IMG/VR virus record: IMGVR_UViG_3300024518_002836
Location: 4,076-68,075 of that record
DNA length: 64,000 nucleotides
Origin: a virus
Reading direction: 5' to 3' (one strand)
Shown: one piece after another, positions 1 to 10,054 of the stretch
Layout of the letters: each line of letters starts with the position of its first letter
Position numbering within the stretch: the first letter of the stretch is position 1
Notes under the pieces: generated by a model
The model's database searches: none
The model's input: only the letters and a program-made list of their open reading frames with translations
Told to the model about the DNA's origin: nothing
Program-made: the position numbers and the translations under genes

Positions 1-657
1 CAATTCATCCATTGCTTTTACTTCTAATCTTACTAATTTTATAGCATCCTCTTTTCCAACATTTCGTTTTATTAGTAATTTATATGATAAACTTTCTTTC
101 ATTAAATTATCATGGTCACTAGCCTTAAGAAATTTGTTAAGCTTTTGGGCCTTATTAAAATAATCACTTTCAATATCGGCATAGTTTTCCATAGCCTTTG
201 CTGCCCTATCAGTAATTTCGAGCTTTTTCTCTTGAGCAGTTTGATAAATAGACACAACATCAATAACACCACGCATAGCATTTTGAATTGACCATAATCC
301 TGTTCCTGAAAGAAGCCTTGAACCTGCTGTCCATAATTTACTTTGAGACATGGCTTGGAACATTGATTTGTCCATGCCTTTTGTGACTTGAGTGACTTCA
401 AGAATTTGACGTTTAACCTCCATCATGCTATCTTTGAATCGTTGATTTTCAGTAGTAGCATCTAAATAAGTTTCAGTTTGTTCTTTTATTGCTTTAGAAT
501 GTTCTTTTTGAGCGGCAGTTGTTTCCTTTTGTACTTTTTCTGACTCTATCATTTTTTGACTCATTAACGTTAATGCAACATTATTTTTCATCATAAATTC
601 ATTCATAGTATTTAAAGACTCATTCATCTTATCAAAAGTATTTTTAAATGCTCCCAT
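1..657 (-). CDS. Probable tail tape measure protein, N-terminal part (runs off window edge)
   Basis: Open frame from ATG 657 (MGAFKNTFDKMNESLNTMNEF...EVKRQILEVTQVTKGMDKSM...) towards the window edge, absent from the ORF track. Helical/coiled-coil character, GGTGA SD, directly downstream of tail assembly chaperone genes. Confidence 0.6.
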   Translation of the reverse strand, partial: MGAFKNTFDKMNESLNTMNEFMMKNNVALTLMSQKMIESEKVQKETTAAQKEHSKAIKEQTETYLDATTENQRFKDSMMEVKRQILEVTQVTKGMDKSMFQAMSQSKLWTAGSRLLSGTGLWSIQNAMRGVIDVVSIYQTAQEKKLEITDRAAKAMENYADIESDYFNKAQKLNKFLKASDHDNLMKESLSYKLLIKRNVGKEDAIKLVRLEVKAMDEL

Positions 658-665
658 AATATCAC

Positions 666-875
666 CTAATATTTACTCTTTGCATCATTAAATGACTTAT
701 CCATCTCTTCTGCTTTTATCATTTCTACTGCCGCATGAACCGATAATAAATCATTAACCATTTTCGCTGGCATTTTGTAAACTTCTAATGGGCTAATTGC
801 TAAGGCTTTCGCCAAACTATAAACGACAATTAAGGAGGCATCTTGTGGGGTCGCTTTCCCACTTTTAATCGCCAC
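666..875 (-). CDS. Tail assembly chaperone extension (lambda gpT-like), probably expressed by -1 frameshift
   Basis: Lies in the -1 frame of the upstream ORF after the slippery A-AAA-AAC at 893-887; sits between chaperone and tape measure. Confidence 0.7.
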   Translation of the reverse strand: MAIKSGKATPQDASLIVVYSLAKALAISPLEVYKMPAKMVNDLLSVHAAVEMIKAEEMDKSFNDAKSKY

Positions 876-877
876 CT

Positions 878-1249
878 TCAGCCTTCGTTTTTTCCTTCAT
901 CCCCCTGTAAATCCGAAAACGGATTTGGGAGGACTTCTTTAAGTTGGTTGCCCACATAGGGCGAGAGTCGTAATAAATCAACAGCACTAAGACTTGGCTC
1001 AGTTTTGTCAATAAAATTATCAACCATGAATTTATACATGGCATTCAGGTCTAAGTCCATCTCTTGCGTCTTAGCGTTTAATTTTAAAACGCTTGTAGTC
1101 GCTTGCTCTACTTGTAACCAAGTAGGCTGATTTACCCAAACTTTAAGATATTCTTCTGAGTCAGGTGATACTCGCACATAATGCAATTCACTTTCACTCG
1201 CGGCAAACAGGTTGTTTTTGTCCGTTACTACTTTTTTATTATCTAACAT
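878..1249 (-). CDS. Tail assembly chaperone (lambda gpG-like)
   Basis: Between major tail protein and tape measure; ends GGA AAA AAC GAA GGC TGA, containing a slippery heptamer. Confidence 0.7.
   Translation of the reverse strand: MLDNKKVVTDKNNLFAASESELHYVRVSPDSEEYLKVWVNQPTWLQVEQATTSVLKLNAKTQEMDLDLNAMYKFMVDNFIDKTEPSLSAVDLLRLSPYVGNQLKEVLPNPFSDLQGDEGKNEG
887..893 (-). other. Programmed -1 ribosomal frameshift site A AAA AAC
   Basis: X XXY YYZ heptamer in the correct frame; a -1 shift reads through RRLK into VAIKSGKATPQD. Confidence 0.7.
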
Positions 1250-1438
1250 TTTAATCACTTCCACCTACCACGTTACATACATACTGTGGTGGAAAATTAA
1301 ATTACTCTTTAGGTTCCGTTTTTGGCTCCTCTTTAGTTTCTGTCTTTTTATTGATAGGCTTAGCCTTTTTCTTTTTTTCAGCCTCTTTGAGATTCTTTTC
1401 AAATAGAATTCTTTTATCTAATTTACTTACCATAAAAA

Positions 1439-3046
1439 TCACCCTTGTAATACCCAATGGGTTTTAACTGTACAAAGATTTAAATTTCTAGGCATAACAG
1501 TCGCTTCGACTGTAATTGGTCCCTTATCATCAGGAATAGTCCAATTACTTGCAGTAATATGATAATCTTCGAACTTCAAAAGAATCTGTTCGGTATTATC
1601 TTTATCAAATTGTAAATCAATTGTGGATGTGACGGACGGAACTTCTGCTTCTGTAAATAATTCTTCAAAGAGAGCATCATCAGTTACAAGTGCTGTAAAT
1701 GATAATTCATAATTTCTTTGTGCGGGTAAACCATATTTAATATCTTTATTTCCAATACCAATAAATCTCTTATCTTGCAGATTATTGTTAATGGTTAAAG
1801 ATAGATTTGTAATTTTCAAAAATGGAGTCCCAAAAATACTAAATGAACCCTTTGAAAAGAAGAACGGGTCTAAACATTCCACTTCTGAATTTTCATAATT
1901 AAACAGTGATGTGTTAGTTGTTTGACCGCCTCTTGCTTCGTAATTAGTAGTTCGTGCTAATTTATTAACAGCAGCAGTATTTAAATCCATTGTTAATTTT
2001 AACTCTTCATTTTCATTAGCGGTCATAGTCATAGTATTAACTCTATTACCTCTAGCAATTCTAACAAAAGTATGAGATTCACTCGCGGCACCTGTTTCAG
2101 TAGTTAATGTCGTATCAGGATTTTTTGCAATTGATTGTTCAAGGGCAAAGGAGGGCAATTCAGAAGTTTCTGATTCTGTAAACGTATAAGTAATCGCTTT
2201 TTCAACAGCAACAGCAGTTGAAGTTGTTCTTACTACTTTCTCTAATTGACCCGATACATCTGAACCTTGTAGAATTGGTGGCATCAAAGTTTTAGCCTGT
2301 GAAATTCCAGAAGTGGCAACAGCGGCTTTATAAAAAATTGGGCCAGTTTCTACATGGGTAGTATTTGTGATTTCTGAACTAAATGTAGAACCACCACCAT
2401 TATCAATATAAACGTCACCGGCAGTAACACCATAATAACCAGAAGGCATAGTAATATTAGCCAATTCACAGTCAAGTGTTGCACATTTTCCAAAAGCGTA
2501 ATAAAGCCAAGCACCTGTATGTGCTGCTAAATTAATATTTCCGCCTGAAGCGGTTTTAATACCTTTGTATTGATGAGTAAAATTTCTTGAACCACCAAGT
2601 TGTAAATTGAGTTGTTTCATTTCAATATCAACATTGGGGAATGCTGCGGATTCAACAAGACCTAACCAATTATCAGCATTTAATCTTGAAATAGAACCAT
2701 ATTTTGGCCCAGGACAAGGAGCAGCATAACTTCTAACGATAGCAAAATCAGTTTCATCCACTAAAGTCCCTGTTGCGTGAGCAGGTGTAATGGTAAAAGC
2801 AGTAGTTGTATTACCAGTAATTGTATGAGTAGAAGCAGGTGTCGCATTTGACACATCTGCATCATATAAATCTAAAGTGCAACCAACATACAAATCAGGC
2901 ACTAATAACATTCCTGTTTGGAATGCGTTAGATGTTACTAAACTTGTTGTTGTGCTTGATGTATCTAAAGTGATACATAATTCTAATTCTGGTACTAGTG
3001 TTAAACTAGCGCCACTTCCCAGAAAAATTTCGTTATTTACTACCAT
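1439..3046 (-). CDS. Major tail (tube) protein
   Basis: 535 aa, T/S/G-rich beta protein; LPSFALEQS, NLSLTINNNL and GPITVEAT segments resemble siphovirus tail tubes; synteny. Confidence 0.7.
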   Translation of the reverse strand: MVVNNEIFLGSGASLTLVPELELCITLDTSSTTTSLVTSNAFQTGMLLVPDLYVGCTLDLYDADVSNATPASTHTITGNTTTAFTITPAHATGTLVDETDFAIVRSYAAPCPGPKYGSISRLNADNWLGLVESAAFPNVDIEMKQLNLQLGGSRNFTHQYKGIKTASGGNINLAAHTGAWLYYAFGKCATLDCELANITMPSGYYGVTAGDVYIDNGGGSTFSSEITNTTHVETGPIFYKAAVATSGISQAKTLMPPILQGSDVSGQLEKVVRTTSTAVAVEKAITYTFTESETSELPSFALEQSIAKNPDTTLTTETGAASESHTFVRIARGNRVNTMTMTANENEELKLTMDLNTAAVNKLARTTNYEARGGQTTNTSLFNYENSEVECLDPFFFSKGSFSIFGTPFLKITNLSLTINNNLQDKRFIGIGNKDIKYGLPAQRNYELSFTALVTDDALFEELFTEAEVPSVTSTIDLQFDKDNTEQILLKFEDYHITASNWTIPDDKGPITVEATVMPRNLNLCTVKTHWVLQG

Positions 3047-3076
3047 TTTAATTCACCCTTTTAGTTTACATACATA

Positions 3077-3670
3077 CTAAGGTATGGACACCGCAAACTT
3101 CTTCATATCTGCGGTTAATTTATATCCAAAGAGTCTTTTGTTCCTATCATTTGATTCGGTTCTATTACCAACAAAAATTTGATGAAACTTAGTTGATTCA
3201 CCATCAGATAAAGTGACAGTTACACCCTTACGGTTATGTTCTAACCGATGGCGTAAGACTTTATAGAGGTTTTCCAATCTATCGCGGGCAAAGTTTGCGT
3301 CGGATGCTCCACGTTCATCTTGAAGAGTTCTTATACTGATTGACATATTATATTGTTCATTACGAACATCCCATGAAATAGTAGGATATTCAATTGTTTG
3401 TCCACTTTCATATACAATAATAATGTCACCAGAGGATAAATCATACCTCATGGCTTTATTCTTATTCATATTTCTAATATCTACTACTGTCGGTGTTCCA
3501 ACTAAAGTTGCCCAAGATGCTCCTAATACAGTTTCTGCTGATTTAGACCAACTATTAACTGAAGAATAGGCAACACCATCAATAGTAGATACTGTTGCCC
3601 CATCATCAGAATAATCTGTGGGGTTAATTAATGCTACTAAAAATGTTGTTTCGTCCATATTATCACTCAA
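3077..3670 (-). CDS. Putative tail terminator / tail completion protein
   Basis: 197 aa immediately upstream of the tail tube; synteny. Confidence 0.45.
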   Translation of the reverse strand: MSDNMDETTFLVALINPTDYSDDGATVSTIDGVAYSSVNSWSKSAETVLGASWATLVGTPTVVDIRNMNKNKAMRYDLSSGDIIIVYESGQTIEYPTISWDVRNEQYNMSISIRTLQDERGASDANFARDRLENLYKVLRHRLEHNRKGVTVTLSDGESTKFHQIFVGNRTESNDRNKRLFGYKLTADMKKFAVSIP

Positions 3671-3893
3671 ACATTTTAATTAATTCTTTATTATGAGCAT
3701 CTTCAATTTCCTTTTCAATATTTCTAAAGAACTCTGCTTCTACTCTTTCTGAAATTAACCTTTTATCCGAAATAGCAAAACCTGGAAAATAATCTGCAAT
3801 GACTTGTTCTCTTTCTAATTCTAATTTAACTAACTCTTCTAACAAATACCTTCTTTTTTCTAATTTAAGTAGGACTTTATCCATCGCGCCCAT
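3663..3893 (-). CDS. Hypothetical neck-region protein
   Basis: Short ORF tightly packed with its neighbours. Confidence 0.5.
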   Translation of the reverse strand: MGAMDKVLLKLEKRRYLLEELVKLELEREQVIADYFPGFAISDKRLISERVEAEFFRNIEKEIEDAHNKELIKMFE

Positions 3894-3898
3894 ATTAA

Positions 3899-4999
3899 TC
3901 ACTCGATTAAAAATATAGTCTCTCTAGTGAGTTTAAGTAAATCTTCTACTTCTTTCTTTAATAAATCGTATTTCATTTTAATATCAATTTGTGAACCTGA
4001 TTCTGCAATTAGAACAGTTTGGTCATCATGTCTAAGGATTTCACACGCTACAAGTTTTGTTGCTGCATCTGAAATAATTCCGGGAACTCTAGGATTACCT
4101 GCAATATACGTAATCCTAATAGAATTCTTTTCCATATATGGAAATTTAGTTCTGAAGAAAATCCTTCCTTCATCATCTAATCTCCACCAAGTTCCAAGTC
4201 TTTTCATTTGTTCATTATCTGTAAATCCAGATACAGAAAGACCCGTTGAAACATAACTACCACTAGTATCAATAGCAATTGAACAATTAGAACCATCATC
4301 TGATAATAACAAAGATGAGATAATAACGGTATTTTCATCTTCACTATCTAATGTAGCATAGAAATATTTAGCCGGATTATCTGATTCTGATTTAGAAGCA
4401 ACTGCTCCAGTAATCATTGCAGTATTAGTAGGAAACGTTTCATTAATTAAATACACTAATTCTTGAGCGGAAGTTTTTGAACCAAGAGTATTATTAAATT
4501 GACTAGATGCAGTTCCACTATCTAATGAAATTACTGTAGAATTAGGTAATGTTAAATTGATTCTATTAGTAGTTCCTCTATTATCTGAACTGAAAGTTAC
4601 TTTAGCAGTAGCCGAGGCTAAATCAGTCCATGTATTACCTTGCCAAACTTCAATTCTAATCATTTTGCGAATATGTCGATGGTTTAATTGACAAAACCCG
4701 ACATAATCAGACCACCATGAGGGCCATTTACGAAGAGAACCCCCTGTCGGACTACGGAAATTGTGCATTTCATTAGCGTAAAAGATGGGTCTATAAGACA
4801 TACCCGTTGTTTCATCAATATAATCTTCCGCATTTTTAATATATTGACCTACTTGAGAATAATCAGGATTGGTTGTTCCAGAAAAAGATGGAATTTGTAG
4901 TAAATCTGCAACAAGGTTTTCATTAGTGTAATGCCCTTGTCCAGTAGCATAATTAGGATTAATTGCAGTATAGTCAGAAGGAGAGGATAGTTTAACCAT
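3899..4999 (-). CDS. Putative head-tail adaptor/connector protein with inserted domain
   Basis: N-terminal IKNAEDYIDETTG and C-terminal IRITYIAG..VPGIISDAATKLVA pattern of gp6/gp15-like adaptors. Confidence 0.6.
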   Translation of the reverse strand: MVKLSSPSDYTAINPNYATGQGHYTNENLVADLLQIPSFSGTTNPDYSQVGQYIKNAEDYIDETTGMSYRPIFYANEMHNFRSPTGGSLRKWPSWWSDYVGFCQLNHRHIRKMIRIEVWQGNTWTDLASATAKVTFSSDNRGTTNRINLTLPNSTVISLDSGTASSQFNNTLGSKTSAQELVYLINETFPTNTAMITGAVASKSESDNPAKYFYATLDSEDENTVIISSLLLSDDGSNCSIAIDTSGSYVSTGLSVSGFTDNEQMKRLGTWWRLDDEGRIFFRTKFPYMEKNSIRITYIAGNPRVPGIISDAATKLVACEILRHDDQTVLIAESGSQIDIKMKYDLLKKEVEDLLKLTRETIFLIE

Positions 5000-6584
5000 T
5001 AAATGCACCCCCAATAGCCTCTTCTAATTTAGCCAATCTAGAAGTAACATGAGTTGCTAAAAATTTCCTTTGTGGATTATATCCTAATGAACGTCTTTTT
5101 CGTCTATCCTTTTCTTCTTTCATAGTTAAGGGTTGAGTAGTATCTCTCTTCTTACCAAATCTAAACTTTAATGCCCTTTCACCCTGCGAACCAGATGGAT
5201 TCATTAATAGTTCTGGGGTTAAAATCCTATTTTGAGTATATAACCAATCAGAAGTAATACTAATATCACGTTCACCTTCTTTTCTAGTAATAATTAATGT
5301 TATTTTATAGTCCCCAATAGATGTTAATGACATAGGCATTCCAATTATTTGAAAGTGATGGTATAAAGCATTATTATCCCAATTATATTCTAACCACTTA
5401 TGAACATTTTCTTTTGTTGGAGAATGGAATAATTCAATAGCATCATTAATAGAAGAACTATCAACATTTAAATTCTTTTTTGCCTTTGATGCTTCAATCC
5501 TCTCTGTTTTTTCAGAAACTTGTTCTTCTAAATCCTTTTCACCATATGGATGACGGGCAATAATTTTCTTTCCTAGCCCAGCCGTAAGGAGGGGCAAACT
5601 TTTCTTTCCTGCTTTAATATCTTTAATATCTGGTAAATCTTTTGTTTCTCCTGTAACGGTATCATAAATTTCCCAATCCTTTCGTTTAAGAGGAACTTTT
5701 CTCCATTCTTTTTTCCCAGAATCAATATCTTTTCTTTTAATTTTTTTTTCTTTCCACTTGGTTTCACCCATTCTTTTCATATGACTGGCAAATGGTGTTC
5801 TTGCTCCTTCCAATTTAAATGGCATTCCCTTAGCACTAGGTTTAATGACCTTACTATCGTGTTGAAATGATACTCGTTGTTTTGGAAAAATAGCTCGTAA
5901 TCTTTTCAAATGAACTTTTTTATCTGTAAGGTTAATATTAAATTTAATGATTAACTTATCTCCACCATGTTTTCCTAATCCTCCACTTTTAGTGATGTCA
6001 ATTGAGCCTTTATCATACCCATGTTTTAACTCTTCATTAGTTAAATTAACGGGGTCATCCTCATCAAAAACTCTATCTTGAAGGGGCTTTAATTTTGGTT
6101 TTCCATACGTAAATAATGGTTGAAAAAAATCTTCATGACTAACCTCCTCTGCAATATCTTTAACCTTCCAATTAGTATCATCTACATCCAAATATAATCT
6201 ACTAACCAAATCTTTATCTTTACTCCCATCAATAATTTTATGTTCACCAATATATTTTTCAACGGCATCAAGTAAATCCATATCAAGAATGGACTCTTTA
6301 GCCTTATTAACCCTTTCAAGCCAATCGTCTTGTTTATTGGGTTCAGTCGGAGGTTCCGACCATTTTTCCTCTTCGTCTGCACTAGGAGGATAAGCCCGAA
6401 TAGTCCGGTCTTTAATATTTTTTAACTGTTTAGGAATTATGTCTAATTCATCTACTTGTTTTAAATTAAATAAATATAGACCAATTGCCTGTTTAAGTTC
6501 AGAAATAGTAACTTCTTGGAGAATCCTTTTATTCCTATCGAATTTATCCCCATCAATTTGAAACCAATGGTATCGAAAAGACAT
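4992..6584 (-). CDS. Hypothetical Lys-rich protein (530 aa)
   Basis: Long ORF in the structural operon; no recognisable motif. Confidence 0.6.
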   Translation of the reverse strand: MSFRYHWFQIDGDKFDRNKRILQEVTISELKQAIGLYLFNLKQVDELDIIPKQLKNIKDRTIRAYPPSADEEEKWSEPPTEPNKQDDWLERVNKAKESILDMDLLDAVEKYIGEHKIIDGSKDKDLVSRLYLDVDDTNWKVKDIAEEVSHEDFFQPLFTYGKPKLKPLQDRVFDEDDPVNLTNEELKHGYDKGSIDITKSGGLGKHGGDKLIIKFNINLTDKKVHLKRLRAIFPKQRVSFQHDSKVIKPSAKGMPFKLEGARTPFASHMKRMGETKWKEKKIKRKDIDSGKKEWRKVPLKRKDWEIYDTVTGETKDLPDIKDIKAGKKSLPLLTAGLGKKIIARHPYGEKDLEEQVSEKTERIEASKAKKNLNVDSSSINDAIELFHSPTKENVHKWLEYNWDNNALYHHFQIIGMPMSLTSIGDYKITLIITRKEGERDISITSDWLYTQNRILTPELLMNPSGSQGERALKFRFGKKRDTTQPLTMKEEKDRRKRRSLGYNPQRKFLATHVTSRLAKLEEAIGGAFNG

Positions 6585-6601
6585 TCATTTTAACCCCCAA
6601 A

Positions 6602-7255
6602 TCAGACTAGCCATTTAGCCCATGCTGCTGCTTTGGATAATGTTTGCCCTAATCCTAAACCACCTTGAGGCGGCGTATATGACATTTGTCCCGTTTGGGG
6701 GTCAATCCAATATGGATTATTCATTTGGTCGTAACCATTTGGAGGAACCGGATAACCGCTTTGCATACCCTGATTGATTCCCATAGCAGCCCCTGAAGCG
6801 CCTCCAACGGTCGCACCCATGCCGACCCCTACCGGGGCTGAATGCGGCCCTCCTGTGGTTTGTGGACTAAAGCCTTGACTCTCTAAATACTGTTGTTTAG
6901 CCATTTTGCGCTGAACGATAACTTCGCTATTAACAGCAGAAGCTAATAAAGTCTGAATGTCTAATTGGATATTTTCTTGTGTGATAGAATTATATTCCGA
7001 TAAACACTTTTCTTGCAAGGTTATATGATTAGTAGTTGGATTTAATACAAATTCTAATTTAGAAAGCATTTGTGAAATAACACGTTGTAACACATCCTCA
7101 AATATTTTTTCAAATGAAACCATAAACTCTTCGCCATGATACTGGAAGAATTCTTCCACATGGTTTTCTTGAAGAGTCAATAAATTATTTATATTTTTAA
7201 AGCTTTGATTCTGGGAATCAGCTAATGCAGAATTCAATGTACTGTTTCTAACCAT
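6602..7255 (-). CDS. Hypothetical protein with G/P/Q-rich tail and C-terminal amphipathic helix
   Basis: Ends GLGLGQTLSKAAAWAKWLV; coupled to the GTPase operon. Confidence 0.6.
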   Translation of the reverse strand: MVRNSTLNSALADSQNQSFKNINNLLTLQENHVEEFFQYHGEEFMVSFEKIFEDVLQRVISQMLSKLEFVLNPTTNHITLQEKCLSEYNSITQENIQLDIQTLLASAVNSEVIVQRKMAKQQYLESQGFSPQTTGGPHSAPVGVGMGATVGGASGAAMGINQGMQSGYPVPPNGYDQMNNPYWIDPQTGQMSYTPPQGGLGLGQTLSKAAAWAKWLV

Positions 7256-7892
7256 TTTCATTTACCTCCAATAAAGGAATAATTTGTTGTATCTGTAATA
7301 ACTTACCTTGAACTTCTAACATGATTCTAGTATATTGTTGATAAGGCATTTCTTTAGTTCCTTTAGGCGGCTCAATAGTCCATCCGGCAGATATTAAAGT
7401 GATTACTTCTGTTGCGGTTAAATCGGTTAATGGTCCTCTAGAAACCATATTTGGAAAGCGTGGCTTAGGAATGTATTTTTTAAATTCTAACCCATGATTA
7501 TTTGCAAGAATCTGTTGTTCTAATGTTTCCATTTGAATAAACATTGATGCGTGTTTAGGACAATAATTACCTTTTAATGGTCTGCCCTTATATACTTCTG
7601 ATAAAGGAATTGGTGGTCGCATTGTATCTGAAGCATCCCATTCATGATATGCACCACATACTATACAACGACATTTAACATTAAATTTAGCTCCATATTT
7701 AAAAATGAACCTTTTCTTTTCCGGATAAAGAACCTTTCTAATTTCCTTTAATTGTTTCTTTTCTTTTGAACTCTTATATTCATAAGAAGTAATAGGACCG
7801 GGCATTCTAGCCACTTGAAGTGTAGTAAACCCCATTGTTGAATTAGGGCCATTTAAATTAAGTAAACCGGGTGGGGAAAAAGATATGCTCAT
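7248..7892 (-). CDS. Hypothetical Zn-binding protein
   Basis: CIVC...YCPKH motifs; directly downstream of the GTPase. Confidence 0.55.
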   Translation of the reverse strand: MSISFSPPGLLNLNGPNSTMGFTTLQVARMPGPITSYEYKSSKEKKQLKEIRKVLYPEKKRFIFKYGAKFNVKCRCIVCGAYHEWDASDTMRPPIPLSEVYKGRPLKGNYCPKHASMFIQMETLEQQILANNHGLEFKKYIPKPRFPNMVSRGPLTDLTATEVITLISAGWTIEPPKGTKEMPYQQYTRIMLEVQGKLLQIQQIIPLLEVNENG

Positions 7893-7902
7893 TTTAATCA
7901 CC

Positions 7903-8571
7903 TTAATAATCATCACACATTGTCATTACTCCCCGGTATACCATCTCCGGGTCTGATTTGGCTGAAACGACGTATTTGAAACAGGGGATTCCTTTTTCAT
8001 TGAGCCGTTGCATACCGTATGCGAATGGTTCAAAAATTGGGTGGTTAGACATATTGTCGAGTTCAAATCCATTCCCCCATAAATCAAATTTATTTGCCCA
8101 TAATCCTACTGCTATTGGGTAATCTTTATCCTTTTTTCTTTTTCTTTTGTTACCATCTCGCCAATATGAATCACAAATTAAATCTATTAAATATTGCCAA
8201 GCTAATTGATTTTGCATATTTACATTACTAGTTAGATGCCGATTATCTATCATAAATATTATATATCTTGGTTGTCTTTTCCTCATATCCCTTTTCCATA
8301 ATTCCCAGTATTTAGATTCTCCGCCAACATCTGCTACTTTAACTGTGTGTATATCTTTATCAATCTTAATTAATTTTCTAGTGGGGCGTTCTAATCCAAC
8401 TGTTCTCTTTTTAATTTCAGGGACTTCGCCTCTAGTTTGTAATTGTCTATGAAGTGTAGTTTTTCCTACTTCTGATGCACCATATATTCCAAAATTAATT
8501 GCATGGACTCTTTTCCAAAATGCTCCTAATGCTTCAATAAATACAATAGCGAAACCTGCGACGACTGACAC
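7903..8571 (-). CDS. Arf/Sar1-like small GTPase
   Basis: G1 GASEVGKT, G2 RTVG, G3 DVGG, G4 ANKFD, G5 SAK; N-terminal hydrophobic helix; GGTGA SD. Confidence 0.85.
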   Translation of the reverse strand: MSVVAGFAIVFIEALGAFWKRVHAINFGIYGASEVGKTTLHRQLQTRGEVPEIKKRTVGLERPTRKLIKIDKDIHTVKVADVGGESKYWELWKRDMRKRQPRYIIFMIDNRHLTSNVNMQNQLAWQYLIDLICDSYWRDGNKRKRKKDKDYPIAVGLWANKFDLWGNGFELDNMSNHPIFEPFAYGMQRLNEKGIPCFKYVVSAKSDPEMVYRGVMTMCDDY

Positions 8572-8628
8572 ATATAATCACCTAATTAGGGTATAAAAAT
8601 AAAGCTCTTTCTTACTTCTCTCATAATT

Positions 8629-8841
8629 TCAACTCCAAATTCTTGATAACCAATTCCAACTTACTCCAAAAAAATTAATTCCAAATACTCCACAAATATT
8701 ACCTATAAGAAGTGATGCAACAACGGCTGTAATACCATACATCCACGCTCTAATTTTAAGAAATACAATATCAGCAGAATGTGCTCTTGTCATATCATAT
8801 GCAACAGATGTTTCATCCAATCCAAACAAGTCTAATAGCAA
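8629..8841 (-). CDS. Small membrane protein
   Basis: Hydrophobic C-terminal segment(s) WMYGITAVVASLLIGNICGVFGINFFGV. Confidence 0.6.
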   Translation of the reverse strand: MLLDLFGLDETSVAYDMTRAHSADIVFLKIRAWMYGITAVVASLLIGNICGVFGINFFGVSWNWLSRIWS

Positions 8842-8856
8842 ATTAATTCCTCAGTA

Positions 8857-9237
8857 TTATGGCTCGATTCCATCGAGAAAAACACTTGGAACTTCATTGT
8901 CATTATACGGTTTAGTATATGGACTCATATTCATCTGTCTCATAGAATCAACAATTTTACTTTTCTGCTGTTCTTCCCTTTTTCTCTTTTCCCAATACAT
9001 ATGGATTTTTCTATCGAGAAGCCATAATTCCATACGGTCATTCATTATTAAGTCGAACACTGCTTTAATACCCATAACAAATCCAATGGTAATTAAAGAG
9101 AATAGTGCTGCATGGCTTAATGCTGACCACGGTAACTCTGCTCCATAGTTTGCATAAAAATAAATATTCATTCCACTAACTGCACCAACGAATAATATCG
9201 CCATAACTAATCTAGTATCTTTATTTATTGCCGCCAT
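8857..9237 (-). CDS. Two-TM membrane protein (holin-like topology)
   Basis: Two hydrophobic helices followed by a charged cytoplasmic tail. Confidence 0.6.
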   Translation of the reverse strand: MAAINKDTRLVMAILFVGAVSGMNIYFYANYGAELPWSALSHAALFSLITIGFVMGIKAVFDLIMNDRMELWLLDRKIHMYWEKRKREEQQKSKIVDSMRQMNMSPYTKPYNDNEVPSVFLDGIEP

Positions 9238-9247
9238 TTAAATCACC

Positions 9248-9592
9248 TTAAGCATACTCAACCGTGAGATTAGGGGTTCCAGATGTAACATCAACATATA
9301 ACCCATTATCGCAAATAACTGCATGCATATCATATTCTATATTTGTCCCTGTAAAGGCTGTTGCTGCTTGGTCGCCACCAGAAGTATCATCTATTATGAC
9401 GCTTCTTTGACCGGGAATTAATAATTTTGCAACAATTTTACCACTTGCAGCAGTATTATCGTAAACTATAATTGTAGTTGCATCCGAAGCGTGTGCATTA
9501 TACGCATGAATACTAACCAATTTACATCTTCCTGAAAAAACCTTTGTATCAGCGGTAATTAAACCACTACTTCTGCAACCTGCATGACTCAT
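9248..9592 (-). CDS. Putative minor virion/decoration protein
   Basis: Beta-rich 114 aa (IIVYDNTAASG...CDNGLYV) in the head module. Confidence 0.5.
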   Translation of the reverse strand: MSHAGCRSSGLITADTKVFSGRCKLVSIHAYNAHASDATTIIVYDNTAASGKIVAKLLIPGQRSVIIDDTSGGDQAATAFTGTNIEYDMHAVICDNGLYVDVTSGTPNLTVEYA

Positions 9593-9667
9593 TTTTTAAT
9601 CACCTATTAATGGAGGCCTCTCCCCCTGAAGGGGGAAGAGAGAGAGGCACATATTAACCTGACGAAA

Positions 9668-10045
9668 TCATTCGGATTCATCGGCTGAATCAGCCTCATC
9701 CGAAGTTTCGGCTGTAACCACCTTTCTATTTAATGTGGGTGTTACTGTATTGACTACTGCCTTTGTTTTTTGAACAAAGGTGCTAGGTGCTTTTTCAGGA
9801 GAAATGGTAGAAATAACCTCTTCTCTAGAATCCAAACCTAATAGTCTTTGTGCTAATGCTAATTTTTTATCACTAAGACCTTCTACTTCTTCCTCAGAAA
9901 GAATAACATCGAATTGGGATGAACCCAAATAAGATACGACATTATCAGCAGATAATTCAGCAGATTCACCACGACGCAATTGCCCACATTTTAACGTTTG
10001 GACATATTTTTGAGGGTTATCCTCTCTTAGTCGTAATTGTGCCAT
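9668..10045 (-). CDS. Hypothetical protein
   Basis: ORF downstream of the capsid genes with an acidic C-terminus. Confidence 0.55.
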   Translation of the reverse strand: MAQLRLREDNPQKYVQTLKCGQLRRGESAELSADNVVSYLGSSQFDVILSEEEVEGLSDKKLALAQRLLGLDSREEVISTISPEKAPSTFVQKTKAVVNTVTPTLNRKVVTAETSDEADSADESE

Positions 10046-10054
10046 TTAATCGCC

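Noticed and set aside
102-401. Track ORF 102..401(-)
   Set aside because: A different frame overlapping the longer open frame from 657 (tape-measure candidate), which has a proper SD and ATG.
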